Virus record (IMG/VR): IMGVR_UViG_3300021961_009334
Span: 1-63,244 of that record
Direction: 5' to 3' (one strand)
DNA length: 63,244 nucleotides
Origin: a virus
Lineage: Duplodnaviria > Caudoviricetes
Part shown: positions 28,223-38,198 of the stretch, piece after piece
How positions within the stretch are numbered: the stretch's first letter is position 1
Layout of the letters: the number at the start of each line of letters is the position of its first letter
Program-made: the position numbers and the translations under genes
Notes under the pieces: model-generated
What the model was told of the DNA's origin: nothing
Databases searched by the model: none
The model's input: only the letters and a program-made list of their open reading frames with translations

Positions 28223-29210
28223 CAACATTATTTATGGTTTTTTCAACATTTCCATAGTGCTTGTTGCGTAGTCCACACGATGTAATACATCTGCGTAAAG
28301 GTTTATTTTTCCAAGAACTCTCTAAATCACGCATAAAAAATGGGTGATTGAGAATAGTTTTTAAATCATTTGTGGCTAGATCATTCCAATCATGATTATA
28401 CCGATCAAACCAGTCTTTTAATTCCCCACCTAAGAAAGATTTTAAACTTTGTTGTTCTTCGTACAAATAAGCACACGGAAATATATGCCCAAAAACACTT
28501 ACATATAATTTTTTTTGATGTAGCCATTCGCAGTTAATTTCTTTAAAATTAGGTTTTTCATTGTCTTTTCTTTTTTGATAAACAACTAATTCTGCTTGTT
28601 GTTGTTTGGTGTTTATTTCTTCTATTTTAAAATTTCCACCCCAATTTGGTGCAGTAAGAAATTGCTCAAACCCCATATGGTTTGCTAACTGTTTAGCTTG
28701 TTCTATTTGATGTTGGTTATGATCAAATACAATAAATTTCCATCTAGCTCTGCCACCTGCTTTAATGAATGATTCAGCGTTAGTCATAATTTTTGACCAT
28801 ATGCTTCCTCTTCTATACAAGTGATTAGTATCTTGTAGTCCATCTATAGAAAAAACTAAAATACTTTCTTTGTTCATTGTTTTAGCAAGTAATTTAAAAT
28901 ATTCAGGATCACGCATAGAACCGTTGGTGTGTATTTGTTGTGTGATATGATTGGCATAAGAAATCATTTGCAAAAAATCAGGATGTAACAATGGATCGCC
29001 ATACATTGGTATAAATTGCAAAAGGCTAAGATTAGATTGGTCTATAAATTTTTTGTAAAGATTAATATTTAAATCTTGGTTATAAGGAAGATCCGGAGAA
29101 AGTTTTGATTTGTCATCTACGTCCACTCTAGGACATAAAGGACACATACAGTTACATTTAGTAGTAACTTCTATTTGTGCTTCATACGGATGACTTGTAT
29201 CAAGATACAT
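28209..29210 (-). CDS. Radical SAM/SPASM-twitch protein
   Basis: CNCMCPLC, YGDPLLHP, HTNGS, FSIDG; CEW...FPC...CITSC. Confidence 0.9.
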   Translation of the reverse strand: MYLDTSHPYEAQIEVTTKCNCMCPLCPRVDVDDKSKLSPDLPYNQDLNINLYKKFIDQSNLSLLQFIPMYGDPLLHPDFLQMISYANHITQQIHTNGSMRDPEYFKLLAKTMNKESILVFSIDGLQDTNHLYRRGSIWSKIMTNAESFIKAGGRARWKFIVFDHNQHQIEQAKQLANHMGFEQFLTAPNWGGNFKIEEINTKQQQAELVVYQKRKDNEKPNFKEINCEWLHQKKLYVSVFGHIFPCAYLYEEQQSLKSFLGGELKDWFDRYNHDWNDLATNDLKTILNHPFFMRDLESSWKNKPLRRCITSCGLRNKHYGNVEKTINNVDGIR

Positions 29211-29241
29211 CCGTATATTTTATATGATTTTGATTAATAAG

Positions 29242-29403
29242 TTAACCTTTTTTACAGATTCGCCAAATCGAGTATGCTACTCCGCAGTAGGCTAATAGTT
29301 TGGCTAATCCGCCAAATGCAATTATTAACAAGCAACCAATCAGTAATCCTATACCGTGTTTGGTTGATGATTCTTTAATTCTGTCTTTTACCCATTGTAT
29401 CAT
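29242..29403 (-). CDS. Small 2-TM membrane protein, holin-like (not in ORF track)
   Basis: MIQWVKDRIKESSTKHGIGLLIGCLLIIAFGGLAKLLAYCGVAYSIWRICKKG, SD AAGGAG. Confidence 0.65.
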   Translation of the reverse strand: MIQWVKDRIKESSTKHGIGLLIGCLLIIAFGGLAKLLAYCGVAYSIWRICKKG

Positions 29404-29407
29404 TTTT

Positions 29408-29605
29408 TTACTCCTTGATAATTTTGTACATTTTTTCTATATTTTTGCTGGCATAGTGTTGAAAAAATCTTGGTGCTAGTCCATGTACAAATAGTGCACC
29501 TGCTGTTTTCTTACACTGCCAAGCTAACTTCCATGCAAATTTTAAATGCTCTAGTGCAGTCATTTCATTTTCTATCAAATGTTGTTTACACTTTTTTGAA
29601 AGCAT
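29408..29605 (-). CDS. Small hypothetical protein (DUF6356-like)
   Basis: HL.EN.MT..EHL.FA...LFVHGL.P pattern. Confidence 0.55.
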   Translation of the reverse strand: MLSKKCKQHLIENEMTALEHLKFAWKLAWQCKKTAGALFVHGLAPRFFQHYASKNIEKMYKIIKE

Positions 29606-29883
29606 TACTTGTTTTCTAGTTTGTTGATTCGTGCTTCTAGTTCGTCTATTTTTTTGGTCACATAAGGATATTTTTTACGCCATCCATCTTCAGGCTGTTC
29701 AAGCCAAGTCCAACCATAGCGTTCAACTAGAAAATCAACAATGGCATCAAATTTGCCATATAGCCAAAGTCCTATGCGAGTTGATTTGAAGTAGGTAGAA
29801 AATGCAAGGCCAAACAAAGACCCAACTAATGCTGTGTATATCCACAAACGATCAGATGTCATACGTTCTATCATGTCCCACAT
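29605..29883 (-). CDS. Hypothetical single-TM protein
   Basis: 92 aa, N-terminal TM, C-terminal coiled coil. Confidence 0.65.
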   Translation of the reverse strand: MWDMIERMTSDRLWIYTALVGSLFGLAFSTYFKSTRIGLWLYGKFDAIVDFLVERYGWTWLEQPEDGWRKKYPYVTKKIDELEARINKLENK

Positions 29884-29890
29884 TGTAATA

Positions 29891-30571
29891 TTATTTATGA
29901 GAACTTATTTCTAATTTCTTTTGCCAAGGCACTAAATGCTGAATTTTATTATAATTTTTTTCTATCCAATTGTTAAAAAATAACTTTAATTCATCTAGAT
30001 TTTTGATAATATTTGATTTAGGAAAATTTTTTTTGGAGTAGGTAGAATCAAACACAATATCTTCATAATAAATTTTATAATCAAAAACCTTACGAAATTG
30101 ATTTAATATTTTTTTGTCTTCGATACACTCATCTATTCTATCTAAAAAATCATTCACATGAATGTTCATTTTAGTTTTAGGTTGTTTTTGACCCCATACT
30201 CCGGTTTCTTCTGCAATGGCTCTACTGCATGCTTGTTCAAATAAATTTTTTCTAGAAAGTGCTACCTTTTTTCCGGGTAATGAAAAAATTAAACTTTGGT
30301 TTTCTTTATCAAGTTTAGCAATATTGACTGCATGATTTTTCATAACTTTAACTTTTTTAGGATTGTTTTTTATATAAGTGCAGAGTACTTGAACTTCATT
30401 AGTCAATGTTTTGTATTTTAATTTCGACAATGGCTCATTTAAATTTAAATGATTGAATCCTTGTTCGTTGAGATTGTAATTGATCGAATTATACACAGCA
30501 GTACTGCCGGTTCTAGGTTCAGATATTAAATGAACAAAGTTCTCTCTCAGCAAAACTTTAATCCAGTCCAA
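29891..30571 (-). CDS. Sulfotransferase-like protein (Stf0-like)
   Basis: PRTGST 5'-PSB-like motif, LSRKNLFEQACS 3'-PB-like motif, IYYEDI. Confidence 0.65.
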   Translation of the reverse strand: MDWIKVLLRENFVHLISEPRTGSTAVYNSINYNLNEQGFNHLNLNEPLSKLKYKTLTNEVQVLCTYIKNNPKKVKVMKNHAVNIAKLDKENQSLIFSLPGKKVALSRKNLFEQACSRAIAEETGVWGQKQPKTKMNIHVNDFLDRIDECIEDKKILNQFRKVFDYKIYYEDIVFDSTYSKKNFPKSNIIKNLDELKLFFNNWIEKNYNKIQHLVPWQKKLEISSHK

Positions 30572-30591
30572 TTTATTTTATAAACCTCGTA

Positions 30592-30969
30592 CTATTTATT
30601 TTCTTTAGGTTCGTAGTATTCGCGATACTGTTCTAGTGTGAGTTTTTGTTTGATCATGTATGCACGGATCTGTGCGAAGTTTGTGGACAGCGTTTCGTAG
30701 TCATCATCTGTGAGGCCAAACAGCACAGGATCCACGTTCTTTTCCTTGAGCTTGGCAAACACTTCCTCCGCGTTTTCTGACGTGATGATGATGAAGTTTA
30801 GATCATCTATCCTTGGAGTTTCTGGATCAGGTAAATCGAGTGGTGCTCTGGGCACTTCTGTTTTGAACACTTCTAATTTTTTAACTGATGAGCAACTACT
30901 CAGCAGGAACATAATTAGGATTGACCAAACTAGGGCATTCAGCGTTGATCTCACTTGGTTTAACCGCAT
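30592..30969 (-). CDS. Outer-membrane spanin (lipoprotein)
   Basis: Lipobox LSSC; overlaps the 3' end of the i-spanin. Confidence 0.7.
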   Translation of the reverse strand: MRLNQVRSTLNALVWSILIMFLLSSCSSVKKLEVFKTEVPRAPLDLPDPETPRIDDLNFIIITSENAEEVFAKLKEKNVDPVLFGLTDDDYETLSTNFAQIRAYMIKQKLTLEQYREYYEPKENK

Positions 30970-31384
30970 TTATTTCCTCCTCTGTTAGTGGTGCTCCCAT
31001 GGCAACTTCTACACAGCGTAGAGCATTGTTAGAAGCTTTGTTGATGATTTTTTCTACCATGCCGGGTTTGGCAATGGCAAGATCACCTATGTCTCGCTTT
31101 TTGCCAGAAGCATTTGTTTTGTTGAATTTGTCATCCAAATTGGCTAGTTCTTTTTGTAACACTTCTGTTTGAGCGTTGAGTGTTTTGTTGGCAGCCATGA
31201 TGTCTTCAAAGTCTTGTTTCTGCTGTGCTATCAGATCCTGTTGATCTTGAACTGCTTCTTCCAGTTTGATTTGATTGGCTTTGAGAATAGCATTGTCTGA
31301 ACGCAACTTCATTACATACAGTCCAGCACCTGCCAGCGAACTGATCAAGATGCCTACCATCACCAGTTTGAAAGTTCCAAACAT
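30896..31384 (-). CDS. Inner-membrane spanin
   Basis: N-terminal TM then long coiled coil; TAATG-coupled to the endolysin. Confidence 0.7.
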   Translation of the reverse strand: MFGTFKLVMVGILISSLAGAGLYVMKLRSDNAILKANQIKLEEAVQDQQDLIAQQKQDFEDIMAANKTLNAQTEVLQKELANLDDKFNKTNASGKKRDIGDLAIAKPGMVEKIINKASNNALRCVEVAMGAPLTEEEINAVKPSEINAECPSLVNPNYVPAE

Positions 31385-31896
31385 TAAATCATTTTTACAG
31401 CAAGAGCAGTGGTTTCTTCTACTCTTCGAGTCCAACCTTTACCAAATGTATCAAATGTTGATAATGACTCGTAGTATTTTTGTCTTGCAGACTGATATGA
31501 TTCTATAGTATCTTGCAAACCATGATCTTCCACATATCCTCTCAGAGCTGCAAGTGTATTAGGTCCAATACCGCCATCTGCTGTAACTCCTATCAAAGAC
31601 TGTAGATATTTGGCAGCTCTGCCTGGACCAGCATTAACACCAAAATCAAATACACATAAATCTAACCCTGAAGGCAAATCATCGCCTTTTAATTTGCTCC
31701 AATAGTTTTTCTTATATATTGGCTCGACATCTTCTCTAGTTAAATCTTTCATATTTTTAGTTCCACCGAAATCTTCATAAACTCTTTTAGTAACTCCTAA
31801 GTTAGTTTCGCCACCGGGATCTTTGGGATGATTGACATACCCGCCTTCATGATGAAGTATTATTTCTAAACATTTTATCCAGTTTTCTTTTGCCAT
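31384..31896 (-). CDS. Endolysin, glycoside hydrolase family 108 with PG-binding domain
   Basis: HEGGYVNHPKDPGGETNLGVT; FDFGVNAG; FGKGWTRR. Confidence 0.92.
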   Translation of the reverse strand: MAKENWIKCLEIILHHEGGYVNHPKDPGGETNLGVTKRVYEDFGGTKNMKDLTREDVEPIYKKNYWSKLKGDDLPSGLDLCVFDFGVNAGPGRAAKYLQSLIGVTADGGIGPNTLAALRGYVEDHGLQDTIESYQSARQKYYESLSTFDTFGKGWTRRVEETTALAVKMI

Positions 31897-31897
31897 T

Positions 31898-32608
31898 TTA
31901 TAGTTCCTTTGATTTTAATATTATACTTTTATCACCTTTAGCAATTTTAAAACAATCATCCATTTTAATAATTCTATAACCAGTTCCTATCCATGAATTT
32001 AAATAAGAACTTTGAGAGCTAGATGATTCGTCGATTTTGAATACAACATTTTTAACTTTTTTATTAATTGATTGTATTTCAAAAACATGGTTGCTAAAAG
32101 TTTTATTCATCTTTAAGTTTTTACCATCTCTTTGATATTTTATTTGAGATTCACTTAAGAATTCGCTTATAAATTCATCCAGTTTGTCGTCAGTTAAAAA
32201 AGCATATTCATCTGGATTAGTAGGAACTATATTTTTTAAATTATCTTCGTTCATTTTATGCAATGTAGGATCTTTATAAAATGAAAATTTCCATGGTTGA
32301 ATTCCTGTTAAATTTTCTACATCTCTTATCAATTTAAAAATGTTATTAGGTAAATTGTCGTCTCGTTTGATCTCAACAAATATATCATAATTACCATTGG
32401 TATTTTTACTTGGAGAGTGATCAGCGTCTAGGACAAACTTATGACCGGATTCGATAAATTGTACCAAGTCTTCAGCCACATTTTTGTTATTAGTTTCTAA
32501 TTTGATTACAGAAACATCTTCGTCATTGCCTAATTTCGCTTGATAATTGTCAATAGAAATCACTTCATTAACGTAACTCATCATTTCATTTTGAAGTATA
32601 CTTCTCAT
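31898..32608 (-). CDS. Conserved-type phage hypothetical protein
   Basis: 236 aa; SID.Y..K.G.DEDV, A.DL..FIE.G..FVLDAD.S. Confidence 0.65.
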   Translation of the reverse strand: MRSILQNEMMSYVNEVISIDNYQAKLGNDEDVSVIKLETNNKNVAEDLVQFIESGHKFVLDADHSPSKNTNGNYDIFVEIKRDDNLPNNIFKLIRDVENLTGIQPWKFSFYKDPTLHKMNEDNLKNIVPTNPDEYAFLTDDKLDEFISEFLSESQIKYQRDGKNLKMNKTFSNHVFEIQSINKKVKNVVFKIDESSSSQSSYLNSWIGTGYRIIKMDDCFKIAKGDKSIILKSKEL

Positions 32609-33762
32609 ATCTTAATATAATCTTTCCAATCTAACTTCCTTATTTTAGACAGAAGTTCTAAATATTTATCTATTGTATGTCTGTGCATCTGGGTTTCTTG
32701 TGGTGTAAACTGGTTTTCTAGAGCATTTAAACCATATTTTACATTTTCGCACTTGTGATGTTTGTGCTCTTTTGCATAATGAACATATAATTCTTTACTT
32801 TCATCGCTAGCCAAACTAGGTTTTAAATATATTGGATCCCAAACTAAATTTATATCCCAATCATTGATATAGTCATTGTTTTCAACCCAATTGCATATAT
32901 TAGGTATATCATGTACATTCATAGCATGCAGTGTTGTTTTAACACTAATTTTAGTATTGGACATTTTAGAACATCGTTCTATATTATCACTTATATTTTT
33001 AAAACTACTTGGCCATCTAATAAATTCATTTACTTTACCATAACCATCTATACTGAAGTCAAAATGCACATGATCGAATTCTTCTAATTTGGATAAAAGT
33101 TTTTGAGAAATTTTATGACCATTGGTTGTGATTTTTAAAGTAAGTTTTGTATTAATCTCGGATAGATATTCTAAGAATTTTTGCAGATAAGAATTAATAG
33201 TGGGTTCACCGCCAGTAAATCTAATATGTTTACACTGTGAAGCATATTCAGCTAATTCTTTTAATTTGTCAGACCTTTCGTACCACTGTAATCCTGGATT
33301 TAAAATTTTTTTAGAGTGAAAAGGAATCCCATGCGACTCAAATAAATCTTGATTGTTAATATTCTCGTGTTCAATCAAACTGCTAGCTACTGCACTACAC
33401 ATCACACATCCAAGATTACATAAATTTCCAAATTTAATCTCCATATCAAAAAGTTTAATTTGATTATTGTTAGGATATCGCAAAAAACCATCATTTAGAA
33501 TACTCAGTTCTTGATTGCCAATTGCAATATCATTTTGACAATCCATACACCCGCCTGCAGGAAATTGATCTTTTTTCATACTTTCTATGATATTTTTTAG
33601 ATAATCTGAATTAAAGTAGTCTTGGACTGAAGAATTGTTAAAGTTAATGACAGGAGAATCTTTGTAATGTTCGGCGTAGTCGATGTGGCGCCATGAACAA
33701 CATGGTCGAAAATTACCACGAGGGTCGATAGAAAGATGTTTTAAAGGCCAAAGGCAAAGCAT
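32605..33762 (-). CDS. Radical SAM protein with N-terminal twitch/SPASM-like domain
   Basis: CLWP...PCC, C..C, then CNLGCVMC, FTGGEP, TTNG, FSIDG. Confidence 0.9.
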   Translation of the reverse strand: MLCLWPLKHLSIDPRGNFRPCCSWRHIDYAEHYKDSPVINFNNSSVQDYFNSDYLKNIIESMKKDQFPAGGCMDCQNDIAIGNQELSILNDGFLRYPNNNQIKLFDMEIKFGNLCNLGCVMCSAVASSLIEHENINNQDLFESHGIPFHSKKILNPGLQWYERSDKLKELAEYASQCKHIRFTGGEPTINSYLQKFLEYLSEINTKLTLKITTNGHKISQKLLSKLEEFDHVHFDFSIDGYGKVNEFIRWPSSFKNISDNIERCSKMSNTKISVKTTLHAMNVHDIPNICNWVENNDYINDWDINLVWDPIYLKPSLASDESKELYVHYAKEHKHHKCENVKYGLNALENQFTPQETQMHRHTIDKYLELLSKIRKLDWKDYIKI

Positions 33763-34235
33763 TATAATTCAGCGGCGTCTTGCGGTGAATCAGTGGCTAT
33801 TCCTGTAACAGTGGTTTCTTTTTTTGTTTCGTTGTTGAAGTCTTCTATGATGGTATTTGGCACAGTTACTTTAACTAACCATATAGGAAGTTCATCTAAC
33901 TTTGCTTTCCTTGTACCAGGTCTATAATCATCGTATGATTTGATACGTCTCGGCACTAATTTAATATCTTTTTTATATTCGACTTTACCGCCTAGATTAA
34001 TGATTCTAATACCCCCTTCAGGATCAGGCATTTCTGCATTTTCCCACATAAAAGTTGCAGTAGTATCGTATTTTGTTACATGAGGACCGTCTACTAATTC
34101 TCCTAGTTTCCAGTTTTTGTAAGAATAAACATTGACATCATCCATAACTTTTTCCATGTTGATCAACGTATTCAAAACTTGATCAGAGGCATAGATTTTC
34201 TTTATATTACGGATTATATCCAAGGTATCAATCAT
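33762..34235 (-). CDS. Conserved-type phage hypothetical protein
   Basis: E.V.D..NVY.YKNW..GELVDGP, MPDPEGG; TAAATA 7 nt upstream of ATG 34235. Confidence 0.7.
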   Translation of the reverse strand: MIDTLDIIRNIKKIYASDQVLNTLINMEKVMDDVNVYSYKNWKLGELVDGPHVTKYDTTATFMWENAEMPDPEGGIRIINLGGKVEYKKDIKLVPRRIKSYDDYRPGTRKAKLDELPIWLVKVTVPNTIIEDFNNETKKETTVTGIATDSPQDAAEL

Positions 34236-34326
34236 AGTATTATATTTATCAAACTTACAAATACTCACAAATTTTTAATAATACTAACATATTAATAACC
34301 TTTTTGCACTCATTAAATAAAACTGT

Positions 34327-35049
34327 ATGCAATCGCATATCTTAAACAGATCGGAGAACTTAATGAAACATAAAACTGTCTTATCCTTTGACGACCTTCG
34401 TGACGATTTTTCACGATACGAAGTAAGACCTAGATCAGCAAACCAGCACAAATACTGGAACTTACTAAAAGACGATAAAAAGTCAATAGTTATTGCTCAT
34501 GGCCCTGCAGGGTGCGGAAAAACGCTTTTAGCTACCCAAAATGGCATAGATCTAATGAAACTACAAAAGATAGAGAAGATAGTGATTACCAGACCTGTAG
34601 TAGGTGCAGATGAAGAAATTGGTTTTTTGCCAGGCACACTGCAACGCAAAATGGAACCATGGACAAGACCTTTGATTGATATATTTCATAAAAACTACAC
34701 AGTGAATAGGGTACAAAAAATGTTGCGTGAAGAACAGATTGAAATCGCTCCACTGGCTTTTATGCGAGGCAGAACATTTGAAAACTGTTATATCATTGCT
34801 GATGAAATGCAAAATACCACAGTCAATCAGTTTAAGATGCTGTTGACCAGAATAGGCGAAGGTTCCAAACTTGTCATTACTGGCGACTTAGACCAAACCG
34901 ACAGAGGAAAAAACAATGGTATGGCAGACTTCCTACACAAGTTGTGGAGAAGCCAAGCACATCACATCTGTAATGTGCAATTAATGGGTGAAGACATTGT
35001 GAGGCATCGAGCAGTTACAGAAGCATTAAAAATTTATGATACTGTTTGA
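34327..35049 (+). CDS. phoH: PhoH-like ATPase
   Basis: GPAGCGKT, ITRP, GFLPG, AFMRGRTF, DEMQN, TGDLDQ.D. Confidence 0.95.
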   Translation: MQSHILNRSENLMKHKTVLSFDDLRDDFSRYEVRPRSANQHKYWNLLKDDKKSIVIAHGPAGCGKTLLATQNGIDLMKLQKIEKIVITRPVVGADEEIGFLPGTLQRKMEPWTRPLIDIFHKNYTVNRVQKMLREEQIEIAPLAFMRGRTFENCYIIADEMQNTTVNQFKMLLTRIGEGSKLVITGDLDQTDRGKNNGMADFLHKLWRSQAHHICNVQLMGEDIVRHRAVTEALKIYDTV

Positions 35050-35339
35050 TCTAAATTTTTAGTTACTGCATCTATGTGTGATTTGTAGGCTTTGTAAAAG
35101 TAATCAAAAGATTGATCATATGTCAATTTTGGATCAAGTTTATTTTGAATTATAACTTTTTCTTGCAGATCTAGAATGATAGATGCCGATTGATCTTTGT
35201 TTCTAACCTTGGAATCAAATGCAATTTGTTCGTCGTATTGAACATTTGCAGGATCTTTCTGCCATCCAGGTACTGAGGTTAATCCAGGTTTAACTGGAAC
35301 CATATAGTAATGACAAATAAGATATCTAGTTTTTGCCAT
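35034..35339 (-). CDS. Hypothetical protein
   Basis: 101 aa following the clamp loader. Confidence 0.65.
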   Translation of the reverse strand: MAKTRYLICHYYMVPVKPGLTSVPGWQKDPANVQYDEQIAFDSKVRNKDQSASIILDLQEKVIIQNKLDPKLTYDQSFDYFYKAYKSHIDAVTKNLDQTVS

Positions 35340-36258
35340 GATATATCCTTGCTAACTTTATCAGTGTTGCTGATAGATTAATTTCTGCTTCTGCTACAAA
35401 TGAATGATCAACCAGTGCCTGTTTAATGACTAAAACTGCCGAATCCTGTTGGTCTTCAGTGTCACCAAATATTTCAATGTTGTCATACATCCAACGATAT
35501 ATTTCTTCCATCTCTTCTGGGCGTGCCTGTGAACACAGCAGTTTCCTTGCTTCTGTGATCTTGCCCTGTTTGAACAGTTCGACCATTTCTATGCGATAGT
35601 CTTGCTCACCTACATCTGCCACATTGGGTGCTTGTAGTTTGGCATCTGCAGAATTCATTTGCAGTGTGTTGATGCATTTTCTTAGATCAGGATATGTGGC
35701 CTTGACGTATGTGTCCAACGTGTCCAAATCAAACTCCACGCCTTCTTCCACCAGTATCTCTGCCGCACGAGCAGTGAACTCTGTCTTGTCTATCTTTTCA
35801 ATATGGAAACCTTGACACCTTGAATGCAGTGCAGGAATCACTCTGTTGGGATAGTTGCAAGTGAGTATGAAACGAGCAGATTGATGATACATCTCCATCA
35901 CACCTCTCAGTGCCGCTTGTCCGTTGGGTGATATGTAATCTGCCTCGTCTAACAGCACAACTTTAAATTCACCGAATGGCATGGTTTGCACAAAGTTTGT
36001 GATCTTATCTCTAATCACGTCCACAGAGTTTTCTCTTGAAGCATTTATCTCAAGTATGTCTGTGCCAATCACTTCCAACAAGTTCAGCAGTATCTTTGCC
36101 AGTGTGGTCTTGCCCACACCTGGAGCACCTGAAAATAATAAGTGCGGAATTGATTTTGATTTGACCCACTGCTCTACCTGTTTCTTTTGTGCTTCATCAC
36201 GAAACACATATCCCTGCAGTGTGTTAGGACGATGTTTTTCTACCCAAAGTGTGTTCAT
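35326..36258 (-). CDS. Clamp loader AAA+ subunit (T4 gp44/RFC-like)
   Basis: LWVEKHRP, GAPGVGKT, INASRE, LLDEAD, LHSRC. Confidence 0.92.
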   Translation of the reverse strand: MNTLWVEKHRPNTLQGYVFRDEAQKKQVEQWVKSKSIPHLLFSGAPGVGKTTLAKILLNLLEVIGTDILEINASRENSVDVIRDKITNFVQTMPFGEFKVVLLDEADYISPNGQAALRGVMEMYHQSARFILTCNYPNRVIPALHSRCQGFHIEKIDKTEFTARAAEILVEEGVEFDLDTLDTYVKATYPDLRKCINTLQMNSADAKLQAPNVADVGEQDYRIEMVELFKQGKITEARKLLCSQARPEEMEEIYRWMYDNIEIFGDTEDQQDSAVLVIKQALVDHSFVAEAEINLSATLIKLARIYHGKN

Positions 36259-36270
36259 GCTGTTATTATA

Positions 36271-36981
36271 CTATAAAATTTTGGATAACACAAATGGTTT
36301 AATGTAATCTTGATAAGCAAGTAAACTGCCTGCATAGTTTAAATGTAAATCATCAGTCATTAAATCATTAATTAATTTTTTCTCACCATATTTGTTTATT
36401 AAAAAAGACAATACAGAAATAGGATGATCGATATTGTTTTTTTGACTTTGTGTTTCCCAAGAAAAGTAAAAAAGTTTTTTATAAATCTGACTGTAAAGTT
36501 TATCTAAAGATTTTATTAATAATCCTGTGAATGTATTAGGTATCATTGAATTGTAAAATGTATTTTGAATACTAGTTAACACACCCTTTGTTTGTAAATT
36601 TAAACTTTCGTCTATACCTATTGCATTGGTGAATAACTTAATGTGATTACAAACTAATTTCACATCTGTAAGATTTTTGGTAATTATTTGTTCCTTCCAA
36701 ATGTCAGTCAAATTAAAATCAGAAGTTGGAATTAAAAAACGATCATAGCCGGTCAATTGAACTAAGCAAGCATCAAAACCTTTGTCCATGCAGTGTTTTA
36801 ATACCAAGTCAAAATAAAAGTGACTAGTTCCTTGCAGTGCGTATGACACAAAATTAATATCAGGATTATCTTTAGCGGCATGATATAACCAACTGTAAGA
36901 CAAATGGCTTATATCTTCATGCCCACGATTTTGTTTTGGATCGATGTCTGTGTGACTATCACCGATCACTAATATATTCAT
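36271..36981 (-). CDS. SGNH-like protein
   Basis: VIGDSH, GTS, DDLHLN..G. Confidence 0.65.
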   Translation of the reverse strand: MNILVIGDSHTDIDPKQNRGHEDISHLSYSWLYHAAKDNPDINFVSYALQGTSHFYFDLVLKHCMDKGFDACLVQLTGYDRFLIPTSDFNLTDIWKEQIITKNLTDVKLVCNHIKLFTNAIGIDESLNLQTKGVLTSIQNTFYNSMIPNTFTGLLIKSLDKLYSQIYKKLFYFSWETQSQKNNIDHPISVLSFLINKYGEKKLINDLMTDDLHLNYAGSLLAYQDYIKPFVLSKIL

Positions 36982-37331
36982 TAAGATTTGTAAGGCGCTG
37001 TAATTGTATTGGCTTCTGGTTCTTGATTGCTGGTTAATAAAATATCATTTTCATCGACCATTCTGACATCAATTTCTTGATTGTCTTGTTCTAAAATAAT
37101 CTGTCTAGTCCATCTACCGTGTGCAATTAAAACCCATTCACCTATTTTAACATCTTGTTGATCAGGACCAACTGCATAAACTTTAGCCCATCTAGGATGC
37201 GTTCCTTCAGCTTTACCATCGTCATCTAAAATTATAACTCCTCCTTTGGTTTTAATATCGCCAAAGTGCATGTTACAAACTAATACTCTTTTTTTTAAAG
37301 GTCTAATTGATCCTTTTACTCTACTGGGCAT
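36981..37331 (-). CDS. groES: GroES/Cpn10-like co-chaperonin
   Basis: IRPL..RVLV, TKGGVII, VYAVGP, ENDIL. Confidence 0.8.
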   Translation of the reverse strand: MPSRVKGSIRPLKKRVLVCNMHFGDIKTKGGVIILDDDGKAEGTHPRWAKVYAVGPDQQDVKIGEWVLIAHGRWTRQIILEQDNQEIDVRMVDENDILLTSNQEPEANTITAPYKS

Positions 37332-37475
37332 TGATTCTCCTTATTGCTTGTGCTATATTAGGATACAAAAATTTTGACATGTTGTCAAGATTCTTGTAGT
37401 CAGTGTTATCGTAAATTATCTTGTAAACAGTTTTAATTTTGTAAGGTAGAGGTTTCTTGTCGGAATCTTCTGTCA

Positions 37476-37655
37476 TTATTTTTCGTCACGTTTTTTGACA
37501 ATTTTTCCACCCTTACCTAATACATCTCCACGTGCATTGGTTTTAGTATTTCCTACTGCGATTGTTTTTTCATGCTTTGTTCGTAATGAATCAAAATCGA
37601 TGGGTTTCCCTTGCATTGAATAATGTATTTTTTTTCCTGGTGTTTTTGCTGGCAT
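37476..37655 (-). CDS. Small basic protein, 59 aa (not in ORF track)
   Basis: MPAKTPGKKIHYSMQGKPIDFDSLRTKHEKTIAVGNTKTNARGDVLGKGGKIVKKRDEK; SD AGGAG. Confidence 0.7.
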   Translation of the reverse strand: MPAKTPGKKIHYSMQGKPIDFDSLRTKHEKTIAVGNTKTNARGDVLGKGGKIVKKRDEK

Positions 37656-37664
37656 TGTAGTCTC

Positions 37665-38198
37665 CTATCTTAAAAATTCTTTATAGTCTAAATTGTATTT
37701 AATAGGGTCTATGTGGTGTACTTCTAGTAAAAATAATACTAAACTAGCCACGCTAGATCCTCTTCCTACTCCTGTAACAATATCTTGTGCTTTACATGTA
37801 TCTATCAGATATTTTAAAAATTTCCACAAATTTGAAGGATCGGGCATAAGTTTACTCCACGCCTGAAGTTCATTATCTAAGTATGTAATATAAACATCTT
37901 TGTAAATGCCCATTTCTTTCATTTTTTTTATCAAATAATCTTCGATATCTAAGTTAGAATATTCTATCGGAGTATTCCAGTTTTGCGATAACAATTTATG
38001 ATAATCAATTGGATCGATATCTGGTTTATTATGACTGCTAATTTGTTCAAGTTCAAATCTATTGGCATTTTCATTGTATTTGTTTATTTCATCATTATCT
38101 GATAAAAAAGCCTGTGTAATATTAATATTTTGACTATATAAACTTTCCACAGCTTCATCGGTTGTATAATACACTTGTCCAAATTCATCGATAATCAT
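37665..38198 (-). CDS. Stand-alone fragment resembling part of DNA polymerase III alpha (DnaE)
   Basis: GVGRGSSVASLVLFLLEVHHIDPIKYNL..EFLR; only 177 aa. Confidence 0.75.
   Translation of the reverse strand: MIIDEFGQVYYTTDEAVESLYSQNINITQAFLSDNDEINKYNENANRFELEQISSHNKPDIDPIDYHKLLSQNWNTPIEYSNLDIEDYLIKKMKEMGIYKDVYITYLDNELQAWSKLMPDPSNLWKFLKYLIDTCKAQDIVTGVGRGSSVASLVLFLLEVHHIDPIKYNLDYKEFLR

Noticed and set aside
37321-37476. Possible 51-aa minus-strand ORF MTEDSDKKPLPY...
   Set aside because: TAATG-coupled but no recognisable motif, and it overlaps the probable groES promoter and start; too weak to call
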